This document shows positions 35,496-44,246 of a DNA stretch of 64,000 nucleotides, piece after piece (position 1 is the first letter of the stretch; every line of letters starts with the position of its first letter). Under the pieces are notes generated by a model that was not told the DNA's origin, did no database searches, and was given only the letters and a program-made list of their open reading frames with translations. The position numbers and the translations under genes are program-made. The stretch is from an uncultured Nitrospirales bacterium. GTDB taxonomy: Bacteria > Nitrospirota > Nitrospiria > Nitrospirales > NS-4. The stretch spans positions 16,248 to 80,247 of the forward strand of contig CAYLLY010000002.1 of assembly GCA_964384595.1 (NCBI GenBank), read 5' to 3'.

Positions 35496-37419
35496 GGATC
35501 CAGTCTGGCCCGAAGGCATCGTGAGCGACACCCACTGGCCGCTCGCCGCCGAGAAAGGTTCGGCACCACTGCTCAACGCTGAGCAGTGACCAGATCAGCA
35601 ACCGGCAGTTTACCTTGCCTTCCAAATGCTCGGACACCAGGCCCTGCACGGTATCCCGGTCAAGAAAGTTGTAGATGGCCGCGTCCCGCCCCATTAACCG
35701 GCGGCGAACGTACTCGATACTCTCCCCGCGGAACCAACTGGCGTCGGGAGCGGAAAATCCCTGTTTGATCCCGTCGGTGACTTCGGCCGGGATATAGCGC
35801 TGCATCACCTGGCGTAAGAGCAATTTGCCGTCGCGGGTCTTCTCGAAATAGATGCGCGACTTATCGCCAGGTTGGTTCTCGTTGATGCGGATCACTTCGC
35901 CGATCTTGCTCAGCTTGAGTCGAACCGGCAGGCGCATGACAAAATCCACCAGGTCGTTGTCGAGGAACGGCACCCGCGTCTCGATCCCGTGGGCCATACT
36001 CAGTTTGTCCTCAACGACCAGCAGACCGTGCAGGAAGGTCTTGGCCTCGAAATAGAGCGAGTGATTGATGTAGTCCTCAGGGCGCGTGAGTTCCTTGGCA
36101 TGACGGTGAAACACGTCGCGGAAGATGTCGCGCGTCCAGACCTTTTCGACCTGCGGCCAGATCGGCCGGAAGACCTGGCGGATGATGGAATTGGGAATCA
36201 ACCGCTGCCAATACGCGTAATACTTGTCAATATAATGTTCGAAATCCTCGTTCGCGACCGCACGGTAGTACCGCCAGGGATAGCCGCCGAACAACTCATC
36301 ACCGCCCGTGCCGGCCAGCACCACTTTGCCGAACCGGCTCGCTAACCGGGCGGCATAGAAATTGGGATAGCTCTGCCCGACACGCGGTTCATCGAGATGC
36401 CACATCATAAGAGGCAGCACGCGTTCCATATCGCCGGCCTTGAGCACCATTTCGTAGTGTTCAGTGCCGAACAGGTAGGACATATGTTCGGCCTTGTCGC
36501 GCTCATCAAAGGCCAGCTCAAGGCCGGAGGCTGAGTGCAAATCGAAGCCGACCGTGAAGGTTTTCATGCCAGGGAACTGCCGCGCGGCAATCGCCGCAAT
36601 GGAGCCGGAATCCATCCCTCCCGAGAGATACGCGGCCACCGGGACGTCGCTCACCAGTTGGCGGCTGACTGCCTGGCGGAACAGGCGGTCCAGCTCTTCG
36701 GCGTATTCCTCCTCCGACGCCGTTTCCGCCGGCTCGCCAAAGCCATAATCCCAGTGCCGCTGGACGATCGGCTCGCCCTTCTGCGCATCAATCGTAAGCC
36801 AGCAGCCGGCCGGCAGCAGCTTGACGCCTTTGAACAGGGTGCTGTCGGTGAAGAAATTCTGAAACGTCATGTACTCCAGCAAGGCGTCCGGATCCATATC
36901 CACCCGCATGGCCGGATGCGACAGCATGGCTTTGATCTCCGAGCCGAAGAGGAACACACCGGGCCGTTCGGCATAGTAGATGGGCTTGATGCCATACCGA
37001 TCGCGAGCGAGGACCAGTTCTCTCTGCCGGCGATCCCAGATCGCAAAGGCGAACATGCCATTCAGCAGTTCCAGCGACTTGGGGCCCCAGGCCGCCCAGG
37101 CATAAAGCACGACTTCGGAATCGGTGCGCGAGCGGAATTGATAGCCCATCGCTTGCAGCTTGGCTCGCAACTCCTGGAAATTGTACACTTCGCCGTTGTA
37201 GCTCAGGACAAACCGGCCGTCGGCGCTCAGCATGGGCTGGTGGCCAGCGGCGGACAAGTCGATGATCGCCAGCCGCCGGTGGCCGAGGCCGACCGGGCCG
37301 TCAAGAAACTTCCCCTCCCCGTCAGGTCCCCGGTGACTGATCGCGTCCGTCATCTGCTTCAGCAGGACGGGCGATGCCGATTCATCCGAAAAATTCATGA
37401 TTCCAGCGATACCGCACAT
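35488..37419 (-). CDS. AsnB-type glutamine-hydrolysing amidotransferase, paralog 4
   Basis: Track ORF trimmed to ATG 37419. MCGIAGIMN, HRGPDGEG, YNGEVYNF, TDSEV, YLSGGMDSGS. Confidence 0.9.
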   Translation of the reverse strand: MCGIAGIMNFSDESASPVLLKQMTDAISHRGPDGEGKFLDGPVGLGHRRLAIIDLSAAGHQPMLSADGRFVLSYNGEVYNFQELRAKLQAMGYQFRSRTDSEVVLYAWAAWGPKSLELLNGMFAFAIWDRRQRELVLARDRYGIKPIYYAERPGVFLFGSEIKAMLSHPAMRVDMDPDALLEYMTFQNFFTDSTLFKGVKLLPAGCWLTIDAQKGEPIVQRHWDYGFGEPAETASEEEYAEELDRLFRQAVSRQLVSDVPVAAYLSGGMDSGSIAAIAARQFPGMKTFTVGFDLHSASGLELAFDERDKAEHMSYLFGTEHYEMVLKAGDMERVLPLMMWHLDEPRVGQSYPNFYAARLASRFGKVVLAGTGGDELFGGYPWRYYRAVANEDFEHYIDKYYAYWQRLIPNSIIRQVFRPIWPQVEKVWTRDIFRDVFHRHAKELTRPEDYINHSLYFEAKTFLHGLLVVEDKLSMAHGIETRVPFLDNDLVDFVMRLPVRLKLSKIGEVIRINENQPGDKSRIYFEKTRDGKLLLRQVMQRYIPAEVTDGIKQGFSAPDASWFRGESIEYVRRRLMGRDAAIYNFLDRDTVQGLVSEHLEGKVNCRLLIWSLLSVEQWCRTFLGGERPVGVAHDAFGPDWIHA

Positions 37420-37424
37420 TCGGA

Positions 37425-38477
37425 CTAGGATCTCCCGGCGATGACCGTGATACCGGATTCCTGCAGATGCTCGCGCTCGATGGTCAATCCGGCTGCCTGG
37501 CACCAGGCGCGCACCTGTTCCGGCGTCTGCCGGTGCGCGTTGGCCGGCGCATACCAGTCCAGGTTGATGTGATTCAGTTCGTCGAGGCTCAGGTCGTGAT
37601 GATGGAAGGCCTTGACCACATGCCAATAAAAAAAGCGCTGGAGGTCCATCTTGCCGGCCGGAATGTTCAGCAGGGTGATCGGCTCCGGAACCTCGATCTC
37701 GATCTTCAGGTCGCCCAGCAACTTCCCCAGCTTGGTTAGCGGCAACATCGACGCCCAGGCCTGCTCCGGCGACATGCCTTGTAACTTGCCTCGCACGTAG
37801 TCATCGGTGAATTCGCGGATCGGCCCCTTGCGACGATAGACGTAGAAGAGGATGCGTCCCCCGGGCTTGAGCTTACGGGCCAGCGCGCGCAGCGCCGCTT
37901 CCGTGGAATCGGTGTGGTGCAGCACCCCCTGCGCATAGACCACGTCCACGCTGGCGTCAGGGATCGGTAGATCCATCAAGCTCGCCTGCAGGAACGCCGC
38001 ATCCACTCCCTCTTGCGCGAAGCGTTCCCGTGCGGCTTCGACGGCCGTTGACACGTCCACGCCCAGATAGCGAACCTGCCGCAGCCGGCCCTCGAACAGC
38101 CCGAGCGCAGAGTGCCCGACGCCGCACCCCGCATCGAGCAGCAGCGGCCACGGCCCGTAGTCGCGCCACCAGGCCGCATCCGCGACGTCGCCGTAATGGG
38201 CTTTAAACCAATCGGCCAGCAGCGTGAAGCTATCCTGACGAAACCGGTCCGTCCCGCTCCAGATGAAGCTAAAGGCGTCTCGTGTCTGCAATTGGTTGTC
38301 CGTTAACAGTCCTTCTGACCGGGGAATGCCGTTGTGCATGACAAAGGTGGCGTCGCCGACGTGGAACCGTTCTCCCTCACCAGGCAGGCCGATGCCGAGC
38401 AGCTCATGCAGCCAGGCCGGTGGATGCAGTGGCCCTTTAGAGGCTGCGGAGGGCTTCAGCGACATAGGCGAAATCAT
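37425..38477 (-). CDS. Class I SAM-dependent methyltransferase
   Basis: 350 aa. LLDAGCGVGHS motif I, YAQGVLHH, KLKPGGRILFYVY. The start is uncertain (38477 or 38465). Confidence 0.8.
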   Translation of the reverse strand: MISPMSLKPSAASKGPLHPPAWLHELLGIGLPGEGERFHVGDATFVMHNGIPRSEGLLTDNQLQTRDAFSFIWSGTDRFRQDSFTLLADWFKAHYGDVADAAWWRDYGPWPLLLDAGCGVGHSALGLFEGRLRQVRYLGVDVSTAVEAARERFAQEGVDAAFLQASLMDLPIPDASVDVVYAQGVLHHTDSTEAALRALARKLKPGGRILFYVYRRKGPIREFTDDYVRGKLQGMSPEQAWASMLPLTKLGKLLGDLKIEIEVPEPITLLNIPAGKMDLQRFFYWHVVKAFHHHDLSLDELNHINLDWYAPANAHRQTPEQVRAWCQAAGLTIEREHLQESGITVIAGRS

Positions 38478-39609
38478 CTTGTGTCATACGGTTGTGGAGC
38501 GGAATCGCCATCGTGTTCCTATCGCAGTCACGCGCAGCGGGAAAATCCTCGGGACGAATGCCGTACCGATTTCGGTAAAAGCCCAGCATGTGCACGGCAT
38601 GGGTTCCCGGCCGTGTCGCAATCCCGCGTTGTTGGAGAGATTCCATGATTTCGTTGCGCGGCTTCGGCGCAGTGCCCGGATCGACAGTGGTCACAAAGGC
38701 CTGCCACGCATGCCGGCCATCAGCCGGCTCCTCGGGCAGTTGCAGCCACTTGAGGCCGGCCAATTCGCGGCGGTAGAAGGCGGCCCCCGCCGCGCGTTCT
38801 TGAATGAACCGGTCGAGCTTGCTGAGTTGTGCGAGTCCGACCGCTCCCTGGAGATCAGTCATTCGATAGTTGAACCCCAGCATGTCAAATTCAGGGAGCA
38901 GGTAGGGCTTAGGCCCGCCATGGCGGATTTCTTCCGGGACCGACGCGCCGTGGTTGCGGAGCGCCCGCACCCGCTCAGCTAAGGCATCGTGGTTAGTGGT
39001 CACCATGCCTCCTTCGCCGGTGGTGATCACTTTCCGCGGATGGAAGGAGAAGACTCCGATCTCGCCGAGGCCGCCGGCGGAGCGGCCTCGATAGCTTGCA
39101 CCGGCAGCGCAGGCTGCGTCCTCAATGACGGCGACGCCTTTGGGTAACACGGAACGGATCGCGTCAATGTCGCTGCACAGGCCAAACAGATGCACGGAGA
39201 CGACGGCTCGCGTCCGCGCTGTGAGCCGACCGGCGACTTCCTCGGCGGTCACGTTAAACGTTCTCCGATCGACATCGGCAAAGACCGGCCTCGCCCCACA
39301 ATAGAGCACCGCATTGACGGTCGAGACCCACGTGAACGCCGGCACGATGACCTCATCGCCTGGGCCGACCTCCAGAGCGCTGAGGGCCAGATGCAAGGCC
39401 GTCGTACAACTCGTACAGGCAATCGCATGACGGACGCCGTGTTTCGTTGCAAAGGATTTCTCGAACGCTAATACCTTCGGTCCCTGTGTCAGCCAACCGG
39501 TGGAAATCGGGTCCCGAAGGGCCAGCCATTCCTCCTCACCCAGGCAAGGGGCAGCAATCTGAATTTCGCGGGCCTTATTCGCCCCAGATTCCACTCCACA
39601 GCCCTCCAC
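38437..39609 (-). CDS. DegT/DnrJ/EryC1-family PLP sugar aminotransferase, second copy
   Basis: 390 aa with GTG start. CTSCTTALHLAL, VHLFGL, IEDAACAAG and FSFHPRKVITTGEGGMV (PLP lysine). Confidence 0.9.
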   Translation of the reverse strand: MEGCGVESGANKAREIQIAAPCLGEEEWLALRDPISTGWLTQGPKVLAFEKSFATKHGVRHAIACTSCTTALHLALSALEVGPGDEVIVPAFTWVSTVNAVLYCGARPVFADVDRRTFNVTAEEVAGRLTARTRAVVSVHLFGLCSDIDAIRSVLPKGVAVIEDAACAAGASYRGRSAGGLGEIGVFSFHPRKVITTGEGGMVTTNHDALAERVRALRNHGASVPEEIRHGGPKPYLLPEFDMLGFNYRMTDLQGAVGLAQLSKLDRFIQERAAGAAFYRRELAGLKWLQLPEEPADGRHAWQAFVTTVDPGTAPKPRNEIMESLQQRGIATRPGTHAVHMLGFYRNRYGIRPEDFPAARDCDRNTMAIPLHNRMTQDDFAYVAEALRSL

Positions 39610-41529
39610 CTAGAATTGGTTCCCGTGCCTGTTCATCTTGACCAAAGGCCTGTACCGCACATGCATCGTGTCCGCTGAAACGCCGAATCTCATGAGGGAC
39701 TCGCCGATGACACCCCACACCGGATCATCCGGCTCGATCGGCGCATGCACATCTCCAACCTTATATCCGTCAACCACACCCCACCAGTTCTCCCCATGTC
39801 CTTGGGGATGGATATTCACAACAAACTTGCGCCCTTTCGCATACACGTTCAAGAAATGCTGGCGGTATTTCTGGCTGGGAATGGTCAGAACGGGCACATA
39901 CGACTTATCGACACCGCTCGAGATGAGCGATGTAGCCATCCCGTCTGGGCCTCCGTCAATCTCGAAATAGTCGAGCAGCGTTCGTCGCACGTCTCTGGTA
40001 TCTGCTAAGCGGTGCTTGTGGCCTAGGGCGCCAGGGCCAAAGATGACTAGCGGAACGCGGGTGACTTCTTCCTCATTGTGATAGCCATACCAGATCTTGC
40101 CCTTGGAAAGGATACTGCCATGATCAGCCGTCATAATCACCAATGTGTTCGAACTCCATCCATGCTCGCCAAGGTAATCCAGTACCTGTTGGATCCTCTT
40201 CCCATACTCATCAGCTCGGGCTCGATACTCTTGCCGTACGTGCTCCACCAACGGTTCATCTTCCGGCTGATATCTGTAATCGTTCTTGATCGCCCTTTGG
40301 TAGAAATCGAACAGTGTGCTTGCCCCCTCCGACTTATCAGCCAAAGCCTGCACATTTTGCTCCCCAAAGGAAACATGCACGAGCAGAAAGGACTTGTTGC
40401 TGTTGGAATGTAACTCCGCCACCTGTCTGGGGATGTTTTGACTCCATAGAATATCTTCGTTCAATCGTCCATTGGTTAGGCGATACAATAGCTCGGTGCG
40501 CTCACCCATATATTTACGTGAATCTTCCCATGCAACGAACGTGTGATAGTTCAATCCCAGGTAGGCCGGCAGCCAGTTCCAATTTTCTGTAACAAACGCG
40601 GATCGCAAACCCGTGTACTGAGTTACGCTGTTGGACTCAGGAAGGCCGCTTGCGTGAAAGGATATCCAGCGCGTGGTTACTCCGTGCTCTTGTAGAACAT
40701 TCAGAAGGTTGTGCCTGAGCCCCCCTTCACCACGACCACCTATCGAGAGGTTCATTCGTCCCGAGTACAGGACGCTAAAAAACCCGTTTGTATACACTTT
40801 GTTAGTGCGCACGTTTGTGAACACTAATCCTTGCTTCATCACGCGATCAAGCGCCGTCTCCTCGGCCCCCTGGTTGTATGTACTCAGGAGCTGAGAGGGC
40901 ATTCCGTCGATGACCAGGAGGATTACATGCTTTTCCATCCCATCTGGATTTGTCCTCTTGGCCAGATTGGAAAGCGCCGCATACGCGAGCCCGCCGGCAA
41001 AGACTACGAGTCCGACTGCGGTTGCAATTCCCGCAAATTGCCTCACACGGTTACGCACCGTAGGTATATCCCGTAAGCTTCTAAGGATCAGGCTTCCGAA
41101 AACGATACTTCCAATTAGCAATGCGCTAAGCCACCGAATGTCCTCGATTTTTCCCGATATGGTCTCCACGCCGAAGACCACACATCCTGCGAGGGTCACC
41201 ATGACAACCGCACCGTCCAGCGCCTGGAGAGCTTTGTGCCTCCAGATCGCTGGCAGCAGCCTTGTTCCTAATACCACGCCAACGATCAAGATGAACAGGA
41301 GGAGTACCAGCGCCGAAGTAAAATAGAGATAGCTCAGCCAATCGCTGTGAAAAAGTAGGAGATCATCAGAGAGCCCTTGGAGGAAAACGACCAAAAGCAG
41401 CGCAACGGTATAGAGAGTGGCGATACGTCCGGGTTCAAGCATGACCGCAGAGGAGGATCCTTCGGGTTGGCCGATCAGAGTCATATTCCTGGATGGTACG
41501 GAAATATCGTCCCAATGCTTGTTTGACAT
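39610..41529 (-). CDS. Membrane-anchored alkaline-phosphatase-superfamily ('sulfatase-like') transferase/hydrolase
   Basis: N-terminal TM bundle followed by HVILLVIDGMPSQ..KVYTNGFFSVLYSGR..LVIMTADHGS. No C/S-x-P-x-R formylglycine motif. The true start is probably internal (ATG 41484 or 41442), because 41529 would overlap the upstream gene by 95 nt. Confidence 0.75.
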   Translation of the reverse strand: MSNKHWDDISVPSRNMTLIGQPEGSSSAVMLEPGRIATLYTVALLLVVFLQGLSDDLLLFHSDWLSYLYFTSALVLLLFILIVGVVLGTRLLPAIWRHKALQALDGAVVMVTLAGCVVFGVETISGKIEDIRWLSALLIGSIVFGSLILRSLRDIPTVRNRVRQFAGIATAVGLVVFAGGLAYAALSNLAKRTNPDGMEKHVILLVIDGMPSQLLSTYNQGAEETALDRVMKQGLVFTNVRTNKVYTNGFFSVLYSGRMNLSIGGRGEGGLRHNLLNVLQEHGVTTRWISFHASGLPESNSVTQYTGLRSAFVTENWNWLPAYLGLNYHTFVAWEDSRKYMGERTELLYRLTNGRLNEDILWSQNIPRQVAELHSNSNKSFLLVHVSFGEQNVQALADKSEGASTLFDFYQRAIKNDYRYQPEDEPLVEHVRQEYRARADEYGKRIQQVLDYLGEHGWSSNTLVIMTADHGSILSKGKIWYGYHNEEEVTRVPLVIFGPGALGHKHRLADTRDVRRTLLDYFEIDGGPDGMATSLISSGVDKSYVPVLTIPSQKYRQHFLNVYAKGRKFVVNIHPQGHGENWWGVVDGYKVGDVHAPIEPDDPVWGVIGESLMRFGVSADTMHVRYRPLVKMNRHGNQF

Positions 41530-42838
41530 CGGCCAAGCTATAGCGAATTGGCCGAACCGTTTCTAGCAAGTCTATATTCGAATCGCGTTGGTCTATGTAT
41601 TCAAAGATGGCGAACTGTGTTCCGAGCTGACTCAGCAAAAAAGCGATGCGATCCAGCGACTGCCGTCCGTTTATGTATAGGTGATGCATGAGACCCAGGC
41701 AGAAGACCATGTGCGAACGCGCGCGCTCAATCACACCAGGGTATTGATTGCCAAGGAAGCCGCACGGGGGAGTGGGAGCGAGCAAGTCCACCACCAACGG
41801 CAGTATGTCTAAGCCCTGCCGCTTCGCGTAAGCGTACAAGTGCGCAATGCATGCTTCACTTTTATCGAGAGAGATAACCCTGGCGCCGCATTCCGCGGCT
41901 AAGACCGAGAAGGCTCCTGTATTGCAACCGAGGTCAACCACGGTCGGAGGCTGAAGACGGATTAGCAACTCACGCACTGTGGAGAGCTTCCTTTGTTTAT
42001 CTATTCCTGGTTCGACCTGAACATAATAGTTACTCCACGCATCTTTCACGCCACTAAATTCTAACCGCTCCAAGCGTTTGAGGAGTCCCCTGAAGAATCG
42101 TTTCCTCACCGCCACATCGATCTCGCTGCCTTGGCCTGCCGCAAGCTCCCGAACCGCTTTCTTGAGCTTTCTGTTTGTCTGAAGCAAGCGATCCAGGAAC
42201 GGTGTGATAGCCAGATAGGAGTGTCTCAACAGGTATCCAAGTCCAACGTTCGTTACGAAGTCCTGTAACGTTATTCCGTTGATTGTGTCATAGAGTAGCG
42301 CTCTCCCGACTTTGCCCTTGTTGATCGCAGCCAAGTGCAGGGGACGCATGAAAAAGCTCTGGAATTGGCTGTACGCCGGCCAAAGCAGCCGCGCCTGTGT
42401 AGGCACAATGGACGTGAAGTCAATGAACCTTGGCCGTGTACCTTGAAACCTGACATTCCAAGGAGAAGCGTCTTGAAGCATCATGTGCTGTGAAGCCAAC
42501 TCGATGGACAATTCTAGATGTAGGCGCGCCGCATCCCGTAGCATCGAGGGGCACCACTCGACACAGTATGTGGCAGGCTCGACCACCTCATGTTGGACCA
42601 CAAGGTCACATCCCACATCGGCCAGGTATAGCTCGCTAAGCTCAGTGCGAACCAGCCCGAACCTCTCGTGCAGCCGTTGAGCGATTCCATCGCTGATCAT
42701 GCGTCGATAGAAGTCTGCGCTCTCTTTAAATATTGCCCGGAATATGCCGCGGTCCGTGTGAAAAACAAAACCGTGTGGGTCCACATAGGACGACGGATCG
42801 ACACGCCAAGCAGAGTGCCCACTGTCAAGCTGAGTCAC
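41435..42838 (-). CDS. Bipartite protein: kinase-like N-terminal module + C-terminal class I SAM methyltransferase
   Basis: 467 aa with GTG start. Residues ~120-142 read MLQDASPWNVRFQGTRPRFIDFTS (D-x4-N ... D pattern). The C-terminal part has VVDLGCNTGAFS motif I and FCLGLMHHL. Confidence 0.7.
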   Translation of the reverse strand: MTQLDSGHSAWRVDPSSYVDPHGFVFHTDRGIFRAIFKESADFYRRMISDGIAQRLHERFGLVRTELSELYLADVGCDLVVQHEVVEPATYCVEWCPSMLRDAARLHLELSIELASQHMMLQDASPWNVRFQGTRPRFIDFTSIVPTQARLLWPAYSQFQSFFMRPLHLAAINKGKVGRALLYDTINGITLQDFVTNVGLGYLLRHSYLAITPFLDRLLQTNRKLKKAVRELAAGQGSEIDVAVRKRFFRGLLKRLERLEFSGVKDAWSNYYVQVEPGIDKQRKLSTVRELLIRLQPPTVVDLGCNTGAFSVLAAECGARVISLDKSEACIAHLYAYAKRQGLDILPLVVDLLAPTPPCGFLGNQYPGVIERARSHMVFCLGLMHHLYINGRQSLDRIAFLLSQLGTQFAIFEYIDQRDSNIDLLETVRPIRYSLADVKQALGRYFRTIQEYDSDRPTRRILLCGHA

Positions 42839-42907
42839 CGCTGCCCTCTCAGGTCCCGGTGCCCTGCATCAGCCGGATACTCATACTCCCCAGAGAAGCT
42901 AGCACAG

Positions 42908-43186
42908 CTATTTGACCTCTTCTTCCTCAATCTTGTTGGAGGACACCGGCCGGCGAAAAGTACGCTCGAAGAGAACTTTAAGGTATCGCCATGGTCTCAA
43001 TAGCCATGCGACGAGGGTGCCAAAAAAGAACACATATACAAGCTGGTACAAAACTCCTAAGATGCCAGGGTCAACGTATGCCCAGGCCAGAGTTGGCGTA
43101 ACAACAAACAACACAACCAGTACAACCAACCTGCCCCATTTAGCCACACTGCTGCCTTTCTTTTCATATCGATGAATTTCTCTCAT
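42908..43186 (-). CDS. Small membrane protein (2 predicted TM helices), unknown function
   Basis: Track ORF trimmed to ATG 43186, 2 nt after the upstream stop. MREIHRYEKKGSSVAKWGRLVVLVVLFVV..AYVDPGILGVLYQLVYVFFFGTLVAWLL, with an acidic tail EEEEVK. Confidence 0.55.
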   Translation of the reverse strand: MREIHRYEKKGSSVAKWGRLVVLVVLFVVTPTLAWAYVDPGILGVLYQLVYVFFFGTLVAWLLRPWRYLKVLFERTFRRPVSSNKIEEEEVK

Positions 43187-43187
43187 G

Positions 43188-44246
43188 CTATTCGTCGAAA
43201 TCCCTGGCAATACCTTGCATCCCTCCGGAAGAATCTGCCGATTCCCGCCTAATTACCTGACGGCTCACGAGGCTCTCTGCCTGAGGTCTGCATTTTTTTT
43301 CCGCTCGCCAGGCAATCAGCTTTTCGAGGCCATCACGTAATTCCGTCCTGGCCTCGAATCCAATCACTCGTTGGGCCTTCTCCGTGCTGCCAACACGATT
43401 CTTCACGAAGGTCAACCCCGCCGGCTCGTATTGGACTTGATGGTCCGACTTGGTGATTTCGAGTATCAACTCCGCGAGTTCTTTTATGGTCGTCCGCACA
43501 CCCTTACCCACATTGCAAAACGTGTCGGTCTTGTCGGCCTTGGCCGCGCAGATGTTGGCGCGTGCGCAGTCGCCGACGTAGACAAAATCATACGCCTGAG
43601 AGCCATCACCGAAAACGACCGGGGGTTGCCCCCGGTCAAGATTGTCCAGAATCTTCATGATGACCGCGATATAGGCACCGCGATAGTCCTGGCGCGGCCC
43701 ATAGACGTTCATGTACCGAAGCCCGAGGTAATCGAGCCCATACCGGTGGTGAAAGGCCCGACACATCTGCTCGCCCGCGATCTTGGTCGCTCCATAGAAG
43801 TTTGTGTTGTGGAACGGATGGTTTTCTGTCATCGGCTCTTCGACGGCATCCCCGTATACCGACGCAGACGATGAGTAGACCAGTCGGCCCACCCGATTCG
43901 CCACGCATGCTTCCAGCACGTTGAACGTGCCCCGAATGTTGACCTCAAAGGCCGACCGCGGATACTCGTGGCAGTGCAGCAGCCACAGGGCGGCAAGGTG
44001 GAACACACAGTCAACCTCCTGCATCGCCTTGTTGAGGATGTCGGTATGCAGGATGTCTCCGCCCAGTTCGTAAACCCGGACACGGGAGTCTCGGAGCGCC
44101 GCGGTCAGGTTTTCATATCGGCCTCGACAGAAATTGTCGTAGACGATGACTTCGGCCACATCTTCGTTGAGCAACTCTTCGGTCACATGGGACCCAATAA
44201 AACCTGCGCCACCGATGACCAAGAGCTTCTTGCCCCTTATGTCCAC
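43188..44246 (-). CDS. NAD-dependent sugar epimerase/dehydratase (extended SDR)
   Basis: Track ORF 43188..44348 trimmed to GTG 44246, which is preceded by AAGGAG at 7-nt spacing. (M)DIRGKKLLVIGGAGFIGSH, SSSASVYGD, catalytic YGATK. Confidence 0.85.
   Translation of the reverse strand: MDIRGKKLLVIGGAGFIGSHVTEELLNEDVAEVIVYDNFCRGRYENLTAALRDSRVRVYELGGDILHTDILNKAMQEVDCVFHLAALWLLHCHEYPRSAFEVNIRGTFNVLEACVANRVGRLVYSSSASVYGDAVEEPMTENHPFHNTNFYGATKIAGEQMCRAFHHRYGLDYLGLRYMNVYGPRQDYRGAYIAVIMKILDNLDRGQPPVVFGDGSQAYDFVYVGDCARANICAAKADKTDTFCNVGKGVRTTIKELAELILEITKSDHQVQYEPAGLTFVKNRVGSTEKAQRVIGFEARTELRDGLEKLIAWRAEKKCRPQAESLVSRQVIRRESADSSGGMQGIARDFDE

Noticed and set aside
8332-37419. The AsnB homologues considered as lasso-peptide cyclases (McjC-type), i.e. 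a RiPP system.
   Set aside because: All four retain the N-terminal glutaminase domain with the Cys2 nucleophile. There is no transglutaminase-like B protease and no short precursor ORF. The neighbours are sugar enzymes.
24900-43200. The lower-GC blocks considered as a classical mobile genomic island, prophage or ICE.
   Set aside because: I could recognise no integrase, transposase, tRNA attachment site, terminal repeats or phage/conjugation genes. The content is entirely glycan biosynthesis, consistent with cassette exchange inside a polysaccharide locus.
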